Shown here: one piece after another, positions 61,308 to 64,000 of the stretch
Numbering within the stretch: the stretch's first letter is position 1
Layout of the letters: each line of letters starts with the position of its first letter
Assembly (NCBI GenBank): GCA_963706575.1
Contig: CAVPNL010000008.1
Location: 128,001-192,000, forward strand
Origin: an uncultured delta proteobacterium
Lineage (GTDB): Bacteria; Desulfobacterota; Desulfobacteria; Desulfobacterales; JAHEIW01
DNA: 64,000 nucleotides
Reading direction: 5' to 3'
Notes under the pieces: model-generated
What the model saw: only the letters and a program-made list of their open reading frames with translations
Told to the model about the DNA's origin: nothing
Database searches by the model: none
Program-made: the position numbers and the translations under genes

Positions 61308-62114
61308 ATGGAAAACGAAAATGCCAAGAAATTTGGAATGGTGATAGACCTGGACAAGTGCACCGGTTGCGGTGCCTGCATGGTTGCCTGCTACGCGGAA
61401 AACAATATTCCGTTTCGCGAAGATGATACCGATAAGATGCTGAGCGTTTCCTGGATGCATGTATACAAGCTAAACAACGGGAAATCCTTTCCGGATTATG
61501 AGGAATGCTATCTTCCGCGACCGTGTCAGCATTGCGAAGCCCACGCTGGGCACTCTCCCTGTGTGTCGGTCTGCCCGGCGACGGCGACGGATTACGATAT
61601 GTCGACGGGCATCGTCAGCCAGATCTATCCGCGCTGTTTTGGATGTCGTTACTGTATGGCAGCCTGCCCTTACCATGTGCGCCAGTTCAACTGGTGGGAT
61701 CCGGTCTGGCCCGATGGCATGGAGAAAATGCTCAATCCCGGTGTATCGGTGCGCATGCGCGGGGTTGTCGAAAAATGCAGCTTCTGTATGCATCGCTACC
61801 AGGCGGCCAAAGACCAGGCTTACATGGAAGACCGGCGGGAGATCGAAGAAGACGAATATCAGACCGCCTGCACCCAGGCCTGTCCGGCCGGCGCGATCAC
61901 CTTCGGTGATTTGACCAATCCGGAACATGCGGTTCATCAAATAGCGCAACCCGATGCGGCGCACCACGGTCACTCTAAGAATCCCAAGGCCTTTCGTCTT
62001 CTGGAACGTCTGGGCACCAATACCAAGATTTATTATCTGTCCAGCCGTGGGTGGGTTCGCAAGGCCGGTGACAACTATCTGAAGGATGAAATTAAAAATA
62101 AAGCACACAGCTAA
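61308..62114 (+). CDS. qrcC: Qrc iron-sulfur subunit (NrfC/DmsB-like)
   Basis: CTGCGACMVAC, CQHC..CVSVCP, CFGCRYCMAACP, EKCSFC..CTQACP. Confidence 0.92.
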   Translation: MENENAKKFGMVIDLDKCTGCGACMVACYAENNIPFREDDTDKMLSVSWMHVYKLNNGKSFPDYEECYLPRPCQHCEAHAGHSPCVSVCPATATDYDMSTGIVSQIYPRCFGCRYCMAACPYHVRQFNWWDPVWPDGMEKMLNPGVSVRMRGVVEKCSFCMHRYQAAKDQAYMEDRREIEEDEYQTACTQACPAGAITFGDLTNPEHAVHQIAQPDAAHHGHSKNPKAFRLLERLGTNTKIYYLSSRGWVRKAGDNYLKDEIKNKAHS

Positions 62115-62131
62115 CACGTCAATTTAGGAGC

Positions 62132-63478
62132 ATGGAACTTATGGATTCTGCCTTAATTCCCAAAGGGGTTAAACGCTGTCCAATCTGGCAATTTGGCCTG
62201 TGGATTGCCGCAAATGGTGCGGTTTTGACCTGGGGTGTTTTTGCGATGCTGCTGGTTTACATCAAAGGCCTTAACCAGACGAATATGAACAACGCCTACG
62301 GCTTTGCGCTGTGGATCTGGGCCGACCTTGCCGTAATTGCACTGGGCGGCGGCGCGTTTTTTACCGGTTTTTTAAGGTATATTGTCGGTAAAGACGAATT
62401 GAAGAATATTATCAATTATGCCGTGCTGATCGGATTTATCTGCTACAGTTCGGCGCTGATGATTCTGGGTTTCGATATCGGTCAACCCTTGCGGGGATGG
62501 TTTATTTTCTGGCATGCCAACGTTCACTCTATGCTGACCGAAGTGGCTTTTTGTCTGACCTGTTATTTCGGGGTGCTGACTATTGAATATATTCCCATGG
62601 TGCTGGAAAACCGCAAGATTGACAAAGTGCCGTTCTTTCATCACCTGGGTCACAACATGCATGAAATCATGGCGGTCTTTGCCGCCACGGGCGCCTTTCT
62701 GTCCTTTTTTCACCAGGGCTCCTTGGGCGGGGTGCCCGGCGTTTTGTTTGGCCGTCCTTTCGGTTTTCGGGAAGGGGTATTGGTCTGGCCCTGGACCTTT
62801 TTTCTGTTCACCTGGTCCGCGGCTGCCTTTGGGCCCTGCTTTACCATATTTATTACCAAAATAACCGAAACTATTGCACGCAAAAAACTGGTCAAGGACA
62901 ATGTTATCGATCTGCTGGCCAAAATATCGGGCTGGATGATTTTTTTCTATATTATCGCAAAGATCGTCGATACGGTGTATTGGGCAAATGTGACGGCGCC
63001 GGCTAAAGGCTTGACCTTTTGGGATTTTTACAGCAACAACCCGGGTTCGGCCTATGGGATTTGGATTTTGATTGCCGAAGTCGGCATCTGCGGTGTCCTG
63101 CCGGCTCTGATTTTGATTACCCCCAAACTTCGCCAAACCCAGGCGACTCTATGGCTGGCGGTCTTTCTGGGGGTGATCGGCGTGTGTCTCAATCGCTGGG
63201 TGATGGTGCTGCAGGTGTTGGCCATTCCGGTGCTGCCGTTTGAAAACTGGTTTGCCTATTTGCCGAGCTGGCAGGAAGTCGCCACCACCTTGTTACCGGT
63301 GGCTTACGGTGTTATTCTGATTTCAGTATCGTATCGCTATCTGCCGATTTTTCCCCAGGAACAGGAACTCAATCCGATCGATGAACCGGCAGCTCAGGCT
63401 GAAGTTGTCGAACCCGAACCGGAACCGGAACCGACCGGGACCGGACCCGAACCGGAATTGAGCCCGGCGGAGTCATAG
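62132..63478 (+). CDS. qrcD: Qrc NrfD-family membrane subunit
   Basis: WIWADLAVIALGGGAF, DIGQPLR, HQGSLGG, NRW, PSWQE. Confidence 0.92.
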   Translation: MELMDSALIPKGVKRCPIWQFGLWIAANGAVLTWGVFAMLLVYIKGLNQTNMNNAYGFALWIWADLAVIALGGGAFFTGFLRYIVGKDELKNIINYAVLIGFICYSSALMILGFDIGQPLRGWFIFWHANVHSMLTEVAFCLTCYFGVLTIEYIPMVLENRKIDKVPFFHHLGHNMHEIMAVFAATGAFLSFFHQGSLGGVPGVLFGRPFGFREGVLVWPWTFFLFTWSAAAFGPCFTIFITKITETIARKKLVKDNVIDLLAKISGWMIFFYIIAKIVDTVYWANVTAPAKGLTFWDFYSNNPGSAYGIWILIAEVGICGVLPALILITPKLRQTQATLWLAVFLGVIGVCLNRWVMVLQVLAIPVLPFENWFAYLPSWQEVATTLLPVAYGVILISVSYRYLPIFPQEQELNPIDEPAAQAEVVEPEPEPEPTGTGPEPELSPAES

Positions 63479-63603
63479 TGAGGGTAAGCGCTAAATTGGC
63501 AAGCCTTACAATCAGTTCTGAGACTTCGTTTTTTTAGATTTTTTTAACCACGAAGGGCACGAAGTTCACAAAGATTTAGAACAAAAATGTATGGAGGAAT
63601 TGC

Positions 63604-63762
63604 ATGTTTCCGTTTAGTTTCGAATGGATCTGGGATGCAGGACATCTGGTGTTTCATGGGGGGCTCTGGTACGCATTAACCATACTCGGTTTAGGGATAA
63701 CCTATTGTATCGTAAAAGCAGCTCTGGATGCCGCTAAAGGTAACGGCAGCCATCACCACTGA
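63604..63762 (+). CDS. 52-aa single-TM protein after qrcD (below ORF-track cutoff)
   Basis: GGAGG RBS; MFPFSFEWIWDAGHLVFHGGLWYALTILGLGITYCIVKAALDAAKGNGSHHH-TGA. Confidence 0.75.
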   Translation: MFPFSFEWIWDAGHLVFHGGLWYALTILGLGITYCIVKAALDAAKGNGSHHH

Positions 63763-63782
63763 TTCCAGAATCGATAAATGTT

Positions 63783-63821
63783 AAAAAGCGCTTGCCCACC
63801 ATAACAGGGGAGCGCTTTTTT
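63783..63821 (+). terminator. Probable terminator of the qrc operon
   Basis: AAAAAGCGCT...AGCGCTTTTTT. Confidence 0.7.
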
Positions 63822-63877
63822 ATTTCAGTTACGCTATGCTATTATTTTTTTGCATTCTTTTTAGAGACGGGATTCTT

Positions 63878-63961
63878 ACCACGAAGGACACGAAGTTCAT
63901 GAAGGGTTTTAAGATCAATCCTAAAATTATCCTTCTTTGTGTTCTTCGTGATCTTCGTGGT
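63878..63961. repeat. Inverted CACGAAG-like 9-nt tandem arms; partial copy near 63548, related element near 5253..5312
   Basis: ACCACGAAGGACACGAAGTTCATGAAG...CTTCGTGATCTTCGTGGT. Confidence 0.7.
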
Positions 63962-64000
63962 ATCATAATAATATAGCTCCAACATGGCCGAATAAGGAGT

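Overview
Chromosomal window from an anaerobic sulfate-reducing deltaproteobacterium (Desulfobacterales-like, inferred from qrcABCD, system II cytochrome c maturation, a HesB-like selenoprotein and IspH-UbiA). Most of it is housekeeping: mutY, ndk, trmJ, leuCD, lepA, valS, rsmE, plsY, ispH, parAB, an EF-G paralog, ppiD, uvrD-like helicase and two tRNAs. The most unusual region is 22.8-32.8 kb. tRNA-Phe(GAA) is followed by three integrase-less cargo cassettes, each closed by a copy of the tRNA 3' half that starts at the anticodon loop. Each copy is preceded by an att-arm-like module with the same geometry: an 11-bp tandem repeat pair, then an IHF-like site, then the core. Other points: (i) a UGA-readthrough HesB selenoprotein truncated in the ORF track; (ii) a TA-flanked ~146-bp hairpin MITE family, one copy of which rewrote the 3' end of a gene whose ancestral allele can be reconstructed; (iii) GTAG-REP doublets and several other intergenic repeat families; (iv) a rhomboid-DnaJ C-terminal fusion; (v) a 52-aa membrane ORF after qrcD; (vi) single frameshifts in rsmE and plsY that may be assembly errors. 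All calls come from reading the sequence by eye; no searches were run.
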